Positions 1 to 9,330 of a DNA stretch of 30,337 bases are shown piece after piece; position 1 is the stretch's first letter; each line of letters starts with the position of its first letter. The notes below the pieces were generated by a model. It was not told where the DNA came from. It searched no databases and saw nothing but the letters and a program-made list of their open reading frames with translations. Source of the DNA: a virus (taxonomy: Duplodnaviria > Caudoviricetes); IMG/VR virus record IMGVR_UViG_3300043414_000277, positions 1 through 30,337 of that record. One strand, given 5' to 3'. The translations under genes and the position numbers were made by a program.

Positions 1-7
1 CTAAACA

Positions 8-241
8 ATGCCTCGTCGTATCTTTGAATTTGTTTGTGATAACGGTCATCGCACTGAAGCTTTTGTGGAACTAGAGTGCCGCGCAACTCCCTGTAGGGAA
101 TGTGGTTCTGATTCGACAAGGGTGACTAGTGCACCTACCATGAAGTTAGAAGGCTGGTCAGGCTCTTTTCCGACAGCTTATGACTCATGGGAACGCAAGC
201 GATCTGAAAAGCTCGCCCAAGAGAGGAAAGCGAACTCATAA
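8..241 (+). CDS. FmdB-like zinc-ribbon protein
   Basis: N-terminal FEFVCDNGH and CRECG motifs; lies just upstream of the scaffold gene. Confidence 0.7.
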   Translation: MPRRIFEFVCDNGHRTEAFVELECRATPCRECGSDSTRVTSAPTMKLEGWSGSFPTAYDSWERKRSEKLAQERKANS

Positions 242-323
242 GTAGCAATACCGGGTTTATATTTTAAATATTGTGAATCCTAGAACCATACATCTTATAC
301 GTGTGGCAGGAAAAGGAATTAGT

Positions 324-1094
324 ATGTTAGTAGATAATAATGAAGATAGTACTCTAGGTGAACTCGACGTAGTTGAACAACTCACCGCAACGCCTAAGAT
401 TGAAGAAGATCACGCAAGTGAAGACACAATCCCTGAGAAATACAAAGGGAAGTCCTCACAAGAGATTATTCGGATGCACCAAGAGGCTGAAAAGCTAATC
501 GGTAAACAGGCACAAGAAGTTGGCGAGGTTCGTAAACTTGCTGATGAATTGTTGAAACAGAGCCTATCGAGTAAGTCTGCACCTACTGAAGTAGAGCCTG
601 AAATTGACTTCTTTGAAGATCCTCAGAAGGCAATTCGTAATTCTATTGATAAGCATCCAGATGTTCTCGCAGCGCGTCATAGCGCCCAAGAGTTCAAGAA
701 GATGCAGATTCAGCAGAAGCTAAGTCAAGAGCATCCTGACTTCGGTACTATTGTTCAAAATCCTGAGTTTGCGGAGTGGGTAAAACAGTCTCCCATTCGC
801 ACTCAATTGTACGCTAAAGCCGATGGTGAGTTTGATTACGACAGCGCAAATGAATTGTTGTCTACCTTTAAGCAGCTTAAGGATATTAAGACGCAGCAGG
901 TAGCAGCCAAAGGTAAAGACACCTTAAAGCAGAACTTAAAAGCTGCTACTGTTGATACTGGTGGTACTGGTGAATCGTCGAAGAGAGTTTATCGTCGGGC
1001 CGACCTTATTCGGCTGCGAATGAGTGATCCGGATCGTTATGAAGCGTTAGAGCCTGAAATCATGCAAGCCTACGCTGATGGACGAGTTCGGTGA
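324..1094 (+). CDS. Capsid scaffolding protein
   Basis: Start moved to ATG 324 (SD AAAGGAA at 312-318); acidic N-terminus, IPEKYKGKS motif, coiled coil, C-terminal AYADGRVR; directly upstream of the MCP. Confidence 0.75.
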   Translation: MLVDNNEDSTLGELDVVEQLTATPKIEEDHASEDTIPEKYKGKSSQEIIRMHQEAEKLIGKQAQEVGEVRKLADELLKQSLSSKSAPTEVEPEIDFFEDPQKAIRNSIDKHPDVLAARHSAQEFKKMQIQQKLSQEHPDFGTIVQNPEFAEWVKQSPIRTQLYAKADGEFDYDSANELLSTFKQLKDIKTQQVAAKGKDTLKQNLKAATVDTGGTGESSKRVYRRADLIRLRMSDPDRYEALEPEIMQAYADGRVR

Positions 1095-1139
1095 GTTTAA
1101 TTTTATTAATTAATTTGTATATCTCTAGGAGTATTTAAA

Positions 1140-2078
1140 ATGGGTCTCGGAACAGCACACGTAACGGTAACAACAGCTAATACATTCATTCCTGAAATTT
1201 GGAGTGATGAAATTGTAGCTGCTTATAAGAAGAGCTTGGTAGCCGCTAACCTCGTCAAGAAAATGAGCTTCAAAGGCAAGAAAGGTGACACAGTTCACAT
1301 TCCTAGCCCTACACGTGGTTCAGCTTCTGTCAAGGCAGCTTCTACTCAAGTAACATTGATCGCAGCAACTGAAACTGAAGTGCAAGTCTTGATTAACAAG
1401 CACTACGAATACAGCCGTTTGATCGAAGACATCGTCGAAGCACAAGCCTTGTCTAGCCTCCGTCAGTTCTACACAGATGACGCTGGTTACGCACTCGGTA
1501 AGCAAGTTGACTCTGACCTGATCCGCTTGGGTCGTTTGGCTCAAGGTGGTACAGGTGCTCGTTATTCAGGCGCTTTCATCGGTTCTAACGGTACTACCGC
1601 TTATGACTACACCACTGACAACCAAGCTGCTTTGACTGACGCTGCAATTCGTCGTTCTATCCAGCGTTTGGATGACTCTGATGTGCCTATGGACGGTCGT
1701 TTCTTCATCGTTCCTCCATCGTCACGTAACACCTTGATGGGTTTGGCTCGTTTCACTGAGCAAGCTTTTGTGGGTGAACAAGGCGGTAACAACACCATCC
1801 GTAACGGTGAAATCGGTGATGTGTATGGCGTTAAAGTGTACGTTTCTACAAACGCTGACACACCTACTGATGCCGAAGATGGTACAGGTACAGCTCAACC
1901 AGCTCGTATCGCTCTGATGGCACACAAGGACTCTATGGTCTTGGTGGAGCAAGTGGGCATCCGCGCACAGACTCAGTACAAACAAGAATACCTCGGTACT
2001 CTGTTTACTGCTGACACTCTGTACGGTGTTGCTGAATTGCGTGACTACGCTTCTGTTGCCTTGGCAGTGCCAACCTAA
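1140..2078 (+). CDS. Major capsid protein (HK97 fold)
   Basis: FIPEIWS, KGDTVHIP, GRFFIVPP and DTLYGV motifs typical of podovirus MCPs; SD AGGAG; biased codon use; followed by a terminator. Confidence 0.92.
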   Translation: MGLGTAHVTVTTANTFIPEIWSDEIVAAYKKSLVAANLVKKMSFKGKKGDTVHIPSPTRGSASVKAASTQVTLIAATETEVQVLINKHYEYSRLIEDIVEAQALSSLRQFYTDDAGYALGKQVDSDLIRLGRLAQGGTGARYSGAFIGSNGTTAYDYTTDNQAALTDAAIRRSIQRLDDSDVPMDGRFFIVPPSSRNTLMGLARFTEQAFVGEQGGNNTIRNGEIGDVYGVKVYVSTNADTPTDAEDGTGTAQPARIALMAHKDSMVLVEQVGIRAQTQYKQEYLGTLFTADTLYGVAELRDYASVALAVPT

Positions 2079-2094
2079 TCGTTAAAGCTTAATT

Positions 2095-2125
2095 GATCCC
2101 CTCTTAACATGGAGGGGGTCTTTTT
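2095..2125 (+). terminator. Rho-independent terminator after the MCP
   Basis: GATCCCCTC-8 nt loop-GAGGGGGTC followed by TTTTT. Confidence 0.85.
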
Positions 2126-2159
2126 AGTCTTTCATATAATATCAATTAGGAGTATATAA

Positions 2160-2483
2160 ATGCCCGCTGCAACCGCTGTTGTTACCCGTCAAGGTAACGA
2201 TCAATTCCGTGGTCTGTTTTCAGACACATGGAGTGTAACTTGTACCTTGGACGCTGGTTCGCTAGTTGACGGTGCTGGTGAAACAGAAACTATTGCTGTT
2301 CCCGGTGTTGTCCTTGGCGACATTGTTCTAGGTTTTTCATTCGGTGTTGACAAAGCTGCTGTGGTTTGCCACGCCTACGTCAGTGCTGCTAACGTGGTCA
2401 CACTTCGTTTACAGAACGAATCAGGTGGCACTGTTGACTTGGCTTCGACTACTGTTAAAGTGGTTATTGGTCGTTTGGTCTAA
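2160..2483 (+). CDS. Putative capsid decoration/minor head protein
   Basis: 107 aa, beta-rich (V/T/G/A); strong SD AGGAG; follows the MCP. Confidence 0.5.
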   Translation: MPAATAVVTRQGNDQFRGLFSDTWSVTCTLDAGSLVDGAGETETIAVPGVVLGDIVLGFSFGVDKAAVVCHAYVSAANVVTLRLQNESGGTVDLASTTVKVVIGRLV

Positions 2484-2494
2484 TAAACAAACTG

Positions 2495-2522
2495 AAGGGG
2501 ATCCTCACAAGGGGTCTCTTTT
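2495..2522 (+). terminator. Probable intrinsic terminator
   Basis: AAGGGGATCCT-CACAA-GGGGTCTCTT hairpin (several G-U pairs) ending in a T run. Confidence 0.55.
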
Positions 2523-2550
2523 GGTTTGTGCCTATTAAGGAATTACCTCC

Positions 2551-2757
2551 ATGTTAGCTACCTTTAAATGTCTAATCAGTGGAAACACTGTTACCTTTGT
2601 GCATCAAGTTGATATTGACTCTATGAAGGGCCATCCTGACTACGAGCGCGTAGAGGAAGACACTCCTGTTGAAGATACTCCTCCTGTAGTAGCTACTAAA
2701 AAGATGGGCCGTCCAAGCAAGGCTGATCAACTAGCTCAACTTGAGGCTATGGAATAG
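2551..2757 (+). CDS. Hypothetical protein
   Basis: SD AAGGA; C-terminal KKMGRPSK AT-hook-like motif. Confidence 0.7.
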   Translation: MLATFKCLISGNTVTFVHQVDIDSMKGHPDYERVEEDTPVEDTPPVVATKKMGRPSKADQLAQLEAME

Positions 2758-2758
2758 C

Positions 2759-2962
2759 ATGGACGAAGTATCTGCACGAGAGTTTGGTAGGCTAGAAGCT
2801 CAGGTAGATTCTCTACAAAGTGAAGTGTCTGACTTACGTAAAGACGTTAAGTGCCTTCTAGAGCTTGCCAATAAGTCTAAAGGTGGTTTTTGGATGGGTA
2901 TGACTATTGCTTCTTTAGTTGGTGGCGGTATCACATTCTTCATGGATAGATTATTTAAATAG
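2759..2962 (+). CDS. Small coiled-coil membrane protein (XhlA/holin-like)
   Basis: Start ATG 2759; coiled coil followed by a C-terminal TM helix (GGFWMGMTIASLVGGGITFF). Confidence 0.6.
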   Translation: MDEVSAREFGRLEAQVDSLQSEVSDLRKDVKCLLELANKSKGGFWMGMTIASLVGGGITFFMDRLFK

Positions 2963-2970
2963 GACACAAC

Positions 2971-3168
2971 ATGGCTACAAAGAAACAAACAGTTAAGATA
3001 AGTAAAGTTATGGGTGAGTACAAAGAAGGTACTCTGCATAGCGGTAAAGGTGGCCCTGTTGTTAAAGACCGTAAGCAAGCTATTGCTATTGGCATGTCTG
3101 AAGCTAAGATGCCCATGCGTGGTCAGCGTACCATGAAGAACAAGATGAACAAATCTAAGAAAGTTTAA
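2971..3168 (+). CDS. Small basic protein, DUF6496-like
   Basis: KVMGEYKEGTLHSGKGGPVVKDRKQAIAIGMSEA signature. Confidence 0.7.
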   Translation: MATKKQTVKISKVMGEYKEGTLHSGKGGPVVKDRKQAIAIGMSEAKMPMRGQRTMKNKMNKSKKV

Positions 3169-3180
3169 GGGGTATAAACA

Positions 3181-3498
3181 ATGTCTACATTTCAATTAGA
3201 TCCTAATCAAGTAGCTTACGGTGTTGCCTCAATGGGCACTACTCAAGTTGCTTCAGTTACTAATTCTAGCGTTCAAATGACTGCATTCGGAGCATCAACA
3301 ACATTAGTGCGTATTGCTTGCTCACTGGGTCATTGCCATTATCAAATTGGTACAAGCCCTACAGCAAACCTCACAACATCTATGATGATGCCCAATAACT
3401 CTATTGAAATTATTGCGGTCACTCCCGGACAAAAGATAGCATTTATTAAAGATGCGACAGTTACATCTTCCACGGTTTCTGTTACTGAATTGGTATAA
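3181..3498 (+). CDS. Hypothetical virion protein
   Basis: T/S/V-rich beta protein within the structural operon. Confidence 0.6.
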   Translation: MSTFQLDPNQVAYGVASMGTTQVASVTNSSVQMTAFGASTTLVRIACSLGHCHYQIGTSPTANLTTSMMMPNNSIEIIAVTPGQKIAFIKDATVTSSTVSVTELV

Positions 3499-3503
3499 GC
3501 ATT

Positions 3504-4166
3504 ATGGCTTTGCCTACGTATCTTACTTTAGTAAATGACGTTCTAGTACGTCTTCGTGAAGCACAGGTGAGTGCTGTAACAGACACATCTTTAAGTACCC
3601 TCATTGGTAAGTTTGTTAATGATGCTAAGCGTGAGTGTTGCGATGCTTACGATTGGGATGCTTTCAATACCTCAATTACTATTTCTACAGTAGCTAGTCA
3701 GTACACTGGTTACACTTTAACTGGTGCGGGTACTCGCTTTCGTGTAACTAACGTTTTAGACATTACCAAGTATGGTGCTTTGCTTCCAACAACTATTAAT
3801 GAAATAGAGAAGAGAGTATTTAGCACAGCTTCGCCTCAAAACGCAGATCCTAGTGAATATGCCTTTAGCGGTGTAGACAGCAACGGTGACGCTGAAGCTA
3901 TGTTGTACCCTATTCCAGTAGGTGTCAGTAGTATTCGTTTTAGCTTGGTCGTGCCAGAAACTGACATGATAAACGCAACAGATACGACTAAGTTGCCAAA
4001 AGAACCTATTGTCTTAGGTGCTCTAGCTAGGGCTTTAGTTGAGCGCGGTGAAGACGGTGGATTGTCTAGCTCAGAGTGTTTTGCTTTAGCTAAGAAAGCA
4101 TTGGCTGATGCTATTGCCATTGAGGTGGCACGTTCACCTGAGAATGATGCTTGGGTCCCAGCGTAA
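3504..4166 (+). CDS. Head-tail adaptor / tail tubular protein A
   Basis: N-terminal YLTLVNDVLVRLRE...KFVNDAKR...YDW pattern; size and position. Confidence 0.75.
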   Translation: MALPTYLTLVNDVLVRLREAQVSAVTDTSLSTLIGKFVNDAKRECCDAYDWDAFNTSITISTVASQYTGYTLTGAGTRFRVTNVLDITKYGALLPTTINEIEKRVFSTASPQNADPSEYAFSGVDSNGDAEAMLYPIPVGVSSIRFSLVVPETDMINATDTTKLPKEPIVLGALARALVERGEDGGLSSSECFALAKKALADAIAIEVARSPENDAWVPA

Positions 4167-5710
4167 TGTCTCAGCAGCTCCAATCTTACTCGATAGCTGC
4201 TCCGGGCTTTTACGGCCTGAACACTCAAGACGCATCTCTTGATTTAGCTACTGGTTGGGCGTTAATTGCTAATAACTGTATCATTGATCAGTACGGACGT
4301 ATAGGTGCTCGTAAGGGATACACTAAGCAACATAGCACATTAGCTGCTTTAGGCACTGCTGACGTTAAAGTCATTGCTGAGCTTATCGACACTGCTGGAA
4401 CTTCATACACATTGTGTGCAGGTAACAATAAGATTTTTAAGTTAGTAGGTACTACGTTATCTGAAGTTACCTTTAACGGTGTAGGCACTGCTCCGACTAT
4501 TACAGATAGTAACTGGTCTACTGCTAACCTCAACGGACGCTTATACTTCTTTCAAAGAGGCTACCCACCTATTGGTTTTGATCCTTCTGTATCATCAACT
4601 ACTTACTTTAGAGCAGATCAAGAAACTGGTTACAACGGTACTGTTCAATTAGCTAATATTACTATCAGCGCCTATGGTCGTTTGTGGAATGCTGATACTA
4701 CAACAGACAAAGTAACTGTTCAATGGTCAGACACTCTGAATCCTCAAAAGTGGAGTACAGGCACAGCGGGTACATTAAATATAACTACTGTGTGGCCTAA
4801 AGGTGGAGACACTATTGTTGCCTTAGCTGCTCATAATAATTTCCTGTATATCTTTGGTAAACGTAACATCCTGATCTACACGGGCGCTAATACACCATCT
4901 ACAATGACTCTATCTGATGTCGTTACAGGTATTGGTTGTATTGCTCGTGACTCAGTTGCCAACACTGGCGCAGATATTATTTTTTTGTCTGAAACAGGAT
5001 TGCGTTCAATCTCTCGCACTATTCAAGAGAAGTCAGCTCCTTTGAATGACCTGTCTCGTAATGTACGTAATGACTTACTAGCTGCTGTTTTAGGTGAAGA
5101 CGCTACAACAATTAAATCAGTGTATTCCCCTCGTGAGGGTTTCTACTTACTGACACTGCCGTTAACTAAGCAAGTGTATTGTTTTGACACTAAAGCAACA
5201 CTTCCTGATGGCAGTTTAAGAGTAACTACATGGGACACTATTGAGCCTAAGAGTTTCTGCCAGCGCTCAGACGGTACGTTATTGTTCGGTCGTCCCGGCT
5301 ATATCTGCAAGTACACAAGCTACTTTGACAATGATGATGTAACGTATCGGATGCAGTATTACACTCAGCACACTGATTTAGGCCAACCTAACGTAACTTC
5401 TATTTTAAAGAAACTCAAAGTAGTAGTTATCGGTGGAACAGATCAAGTTGTAACTGTTAAGTGGGCTTATGACTTTACAGGTGCGTTTCAGTCCCAAAAC
5501 GTAACCATTGCTGATCAAGCTGTGAGCTATTATGGTGTCGGAGAGTACGGTACAGCTTATTACACTGATGGTGTAGCTTTACAGACTATTACTGTCTATC
5601 CTACAGGTAGTGGTAAAGTTATCCAAACAGGATACGAGACTGAAGTTAAAGGATACTTACTCAGTATTCAAAAGTTGGAACTTCAAGCAAAGAATGGTAA
5701 AATAGCCTAA
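4166..5710 (+). CDS. Tail nozzle / tail tubular protein B (P22 gp10-like DNA stabilization protein)
   Basis: ATG overlaps the upstream TAA; beta-propeller-like composition, GIGCIARDS motif; follows the adaptor. Confidence 0.7.
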   Translation: MSQQLQSYSIAAPGFYGLNTQDASLDLATGWALIANNCIIDQYGRIGARKGYTKQHSTLAALGTADVKVIAELIDTAGTSYTLCAGNNKIFKLVGTTLSEVTFNGVGTAPTITDSNWSTANLNGRLYFFQRGYPPIGFDPSVSSTTYFRADQETGYNGTVQLANITISAYGRLWNADTTTDKVTVQWSDTLNPQKWSTGTAGTLNITTVWPKGGDTIVALAAHNNFLYIFGKRNILIYTGANTPSTMTLSDVVTGIGCIARDSVANTGADIIFLSETGLRSISRTIQEKSAPLNDLSRNVRNDLLAAVLGEDATTIKSVYSPREGFYLLTLPLTKQVYCFDTKATLPDGSLRVTTWDTIEPKSFCQRSDGTLLFGRPGYICKYTSYFDNDDVTYRMQYYTQHTDLGQPNVTSILKKLKVVVIGGTDQVVTVKWAYDFTGAFQSQNVTIADQAVSYYGVGEYGTAYYTDGVALQTITVYPTGSGKVIQTGYETEVKGYLLSIQKLELQAKNGKIA

Positions 5711-5726
5711 TAATAGGGATATAGAC

Positions 5727-6878
5727 ATGACAGACTACACAAAAAGTACTAACTTTACAACTAAGGACACCCTGCCACCGGGGAGTGCTTTAAAGATCGT
5801 TCGCGGCACAGAGATTGACACTGAGTTCAACAACATTGCCACAGCAGTAGCTACTAAAGCTAACTCAACTAGTCCAACCCTCAGTGGTGGCACTATTGAT
5901 AACGCTGTCATTGGAGGCACTACAGCCGCTGCGGGTACGTTTACTACTTTGACTTCTACAGGCAATACCGTACTAGGTGACGCTGCTACCGATACACTTA
6001 ACGTAGGCGCTGGTGGTCTTATAAAGGATGCGTCAGGTAACGTAGGTGTGGGTGTTACTCCTAGTGCTTGGGCGGGAGGCTATAAAGCCATTCAAGTAGC
6101 AGGTTCATCAAGCGCTGCGTTTTCTGGTGATACAGGTTCTGCTCACATTACAACAAACACTTACTTTGACGGTACAAATTGGAAATATATTGCTTCAGCA
6201 ACGGCAATGGATTATTACCAATTTGCTGGTTCTCATGTATGGCGTAATGCAGCATCAGGTACAGCAGGTAACGCCATCACCTTTACCCAAGGAATGTCGC
6301 TTGATGCCAACAATAACTTTTTGGTGAACGGTACTTTTGGAAGCGGTGTCCAAGTGTTTTATAACAACACCGATGTAATTAACTCTCGTTCTGGACAGGT
6401 TGCAGGTACTAGCCGATCTCTCTATACAGGTTGGTACTCAGCAACATCAACAACGCAAGGAACATTGTCCTTTAACGTCACCACAAACGGTAACGTAACA
6501 AACACCAACAACAGTTACGGACCTATCTCTGACATCAAATTGAAAGAGAACATTACAGACGCTACGCCAAAACTTGATGATTTAATGAAAGTCAGGATTG
6601 TTAATTACAACCTTAAGGCGGATTTGGGCTATGAAAACCACAAACAAATTGGTGTAATTGCACAAGAACTTGAACAAGTTTTTGCGGGGCTAGTTGATGA
6701 AACGCCAGATAAAGACGAAGCAGGTAATGCTTTAGGGACAACAACCAAGTCTGTAAAAATGACTGTGTTCATCCCCATGCTCATTAAAGCCATCCAAGAA
6801 CAACAAGCCATCATCACTCAGCAAGCTGCGGCACTAACAACACTAACTGAGCGCATAACCGCGCTGGAGGCTAAATAA
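5727..6878 (+). CDS. Tail fibre with C-terminal intramolecular chaperone (Peptidase S74)
   Basis: N-terminal anchor (GTEIDTEFNNIATA); G/T/N-rich shaft; SDIKLKENI autocleavage motif, GVIAQELEQV and terminal coiled coil. Confidence 0.88.
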   Translation: MTDYTKSTNFTTKDTLPPGSALKIVRGTEIDTEFNNIATAVATKANSTSPTLSGGTIDNAVIGGTTAAAGTFTTLTSTGNTVLGDAATDTLNVGAGGLIKDASGNVGVGVTPSAWAGGYKAIQVAGSSSAAFSGDTGSAHITTNTYFDGTNWKYIASATAMDYYQFAGSHVWRNAASGTAGNAITFTQGMSLDANNNFLVNGTFGSGVQVFYNNTDVINSRSGQVAGTSRSLYTGWYSATSTTQGTLSFNVTTNGNVTNTNNSYGPISDIKLKENITDATPKLDDLMKVRIVNYNLKADLGYENHKQIGVIAQELEQVFAGLVDETPDKDEAGNALGTTTKSVKMTVFIPMLIKAIQEQQAIITQQAAALTTLTERITALEAK

Positions 6879-6879
6879 T

Positions 6880-7971
6880 ATGGGATTTTTTAGTGATTTC
6901 CTGAGTAACCCTCTTGATACTCTTGGCAATGTAGGTCAAAAGTTAATTGATAATCCTATTCCTGCTATTACAGCCTACGCTACAGGAAACCCTACTGCTT
7001 TGTTGGCCTACGGCGCTCCTACTAACTCTGGAGGTGGAGGTGGTACAGGACAGCTTAACCAAGGTCTTTTAAGCACTGCCGGTAGTTATCTACAGAACCA
7101 ATCGAACGTAGCAGGTAACAATGCAGCTGCTCAGTCCTCTCAGTTTCGTCCTGTAGGTATTACAAATAACTTTGGTACGTCTAACTTTGGTTATGACGCT
7201 AATGGTAACTTGACAAGTGCAGGATACAATCTTAATCCTCAACTACAAAGTGCTCAGACTTCCTTGATGGGAGGAATTCCTCAGACGTTACAAGACCAAG
7301 CTCGTATTCAAGCTATGGGTAGACAGTACATGACTCAGTCTCCTCAAGAGCAAGCACAGCAGTACATTGCTAACCAGCAAGCTCTGTTGGCTTCTAGTCG
7401 TGAACAGCAATCAGCTAACTTGATGAACCAGTTGAGCAACTCAGGTCGTACAGGCTTGTCTGTGGCTCAAGGCGGTAATTTAGGTATGGCTAATCCTGAG
7501 TATCAAGCTCTAGCGAATGCTCGTGCTCAACAAGACCTCCAGTTGGCTGCTGATGCTACTCAAGCAGGTCAGAAACAATATCAGTTTGGTCAGGGCTTAT
7601 TGTCTAGTGCTTACGATCCTTACACTGCTAATTTGAAAGCTTCTGGATACACTGAAGGGTTGGGACAACAGCCGTTTGATATTAGTACTGCCTTAGGCGC
7701 TAAACAATCTACAGCAGGTGCTAACGCAGCAGGTTACTTAAAGTCCGCAGGTCAGACTAATACATTAGCTCAGATCTTAGGCGGTGCATCAGGTAATAAC
7801 ATGCTTAGTGGCATCTTTGGCAATATATTAGGTGGGAATAACGGTCAAGGAGTTGGCGGAGGTATCACAAGTTCAGGTATGATGACTCCCACATATGACA
7901 TTTATGGTACAGATGTTTACGGCCCCAATATGGTTTATAATACTGTTCCGCTCGGCTACGCTAATCTCTAA
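6880..7971 (+). CDS. Internal virion/DNA ejection protein 1
   Basis: G/Q/N/A-rich with few charges; position after the tail fibre. Confidence 0.6.
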   Translation: MGFFSDFLSNPLDTLGNVGQKLIDNPIPAITAYATGNPTALLAYGAPTNSGGGGGTGQLNQGLLSTAGSYLQNQSNVAGNNAAAQSSQFRPVGITNNFGTSNFGYDANGNLTSAGYNLNPQLQSAQTSLMGGIPQTLQDQARIQAMGRQYMTQSPQEQAQQYIANQQALLASSREQQSANLMNQLSNSGRTGLSVAQGGNLGMANPEYQALANARAQQDLQLAADATQAGQKQYQFGQGLLSSAYDPYTANLKASGYTEGLGQQPFDISTALGAKQSTAGANAAGYLKSAGQTNTLAQILGGASGNNMLSGIFGNILGGNNGQGVGGGITSSGMMTPTYDIYGTDVYGPNMVYNTVPLGYANL

Positions 7972-7985
7972 GGAACGTAAATAAT

Positions 7986-9317
7986 ATGGCAACAGATTCT
8001 ATGATGGGCGGTCTGTTCAGCACTCCTGAACAATATCAACAACAACTTACTCAACAAGCTTTAGCTAATTCAGCTACTATGGCTCAGTTGACTCCTGAGC
8101 AGTCAGCTCGTCAGATGGCTCAATATGGAGGCTACCAACTAGCTGGCGGTATTGCTGGAGCTATGGGCGCTCAAGATCCTATGTTGAAGCTTCAAAGTAT
8201 GCGTCAACAGATTGTCCGTAATCTTGATCAAACGGATCCTAATGCTATTGCAACAGCAGCGCAACAATTAGCTCAAATTGGTGATCAACAAGGTGCTATG
8301 CAATTAGCTGATTTGTCACGTTCAGCTGCATTAAAGAAAGCACAAGCAGACAAAGCTATGCGTACAGCAGGTGCGACTACGGTGTCTGAGCGTAATCGTG
8401 AAATGATTGCTAACGCTGAGATTAAACTTGCTAAAAAGGAATCACTTACTCCTGAAGAGGAAGCACGAGTCCGTTGGTTGATTGGTCAAGAAAACAAACC
8501 TAAGATCTTCCGTGATTCAGACACAGGTGAGATTACAACCATTGAGCCTATTGACTTGATGTCTTCAGCGCCTAACCTAGCCGCTTTAGTGGGCAAGCAA
8601 GCTGCTCAACCATCAGTTCAAGGTGGTGTCAAGGCCACCACAGGTGTGACAGGAACAATTACGACAACTCCCGCAACTAAACTTCCAGCGTCCATTAAAA
8701 AGGAAGTTGGTACTGTTGATGAGCAGATGTCTACTTTGGAAACATCGATTAAAAAGATTACTGCTTTGACACCTAAGATTGACAACCTTAATCTAGGTCT
8801 ATATCAAAACGTGGAGCGCGGTGTATCAGCTTTCATCGGTAGGCCCACAGCAGATACCAAAGAGTTCAAGCAACTAAAACGTGAAGTTATCTCCCAAGCT
8901 AATAATCTTTTGTTGGCTGCTAAGGGAACACAAACTGAGGGCGATGCTCAACGTGCCAAAGATCAGATTGCAGATGAGGACACATGGAAGAACCGTGAGT
9001 TGTTAACTTCTGCTTTTGAGGATTTGGCTACTACATTAGCAAACACCAAGAAATCATTAGAGGTTAAACGCTCTACTTTGACTTCCTCAGGTATTCCCGC
9101 TATTCCCGGTCTTGGTGAAGGCGATATTGCACCTAATAAAAGCAACATGTCTGGAATGAATCCTCAGTTGCAACCAGCTGCTGAGACTCCTACAGCACCT
9201 AAAGGAAAACCTCTTACGCAAGACGTAATGAACAAAGCTAACGATGCTATCAAACGAGGCGCTCCTCGCGATGCTGTAATGAAGCGTTTAAAAGATCAAG
9301 GTTACGCTGTTCAATAA
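7986..9317 (+). CDS. Internal virion/DNA ejection protein 2
   Basis: Q/A-rich helical protein in the ejection gene block. Confidence 0.6.
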   Translation: MATDSMMGGLFSTPEQYQQQLTQQALANSATMAQLTPEQSARQMAQYGGYQLAGGIAGAMGAQDPMLKLQSMRQQIVRNLDQTDPNAIATAAQQLAQIGDQQGAMQLADLSRSAALKKAQADKAMRTAGATTVSERNREMIANAEIKLAKKESLTPEEEARVRWLIGQENKPKIFRDSDTGEITTIEPIDLMSSAPNLAALVGKQAAQPSVQGGVKATTGVTGTITTTPATKLPASIKKEVGTVDEQMSTLETSIKKITALTPKIDNLNLGLYQNVERGVSAFIGRPTADTKEFKQLKREVISQANNLLLAAKGTQTEGDAQRAKDQIADEDTWKNRELLTSAFEDLATTLANTKKSLEVKRSTLTSSGIPAIPGLGEGDIAPNKSNMSGMNPQLQPAAETPTAPKGKPLTQDVMNKANDAIKRGAPRDAVMKRLKDQGYAVQ

Positions 9318-9330
9318 ATAAGGAATAAAA

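Noticed and set aside
2060-2100. Possible T7-like capsid frameshift extension
   Set aside because: No clear slippery sequence; stops follow quickly and a terminator is adjacent
5727-6878. Diversity-generating retroelement target in the tail fibre
   Set aside because: No reverse transcriptase or template repeat seen in the window
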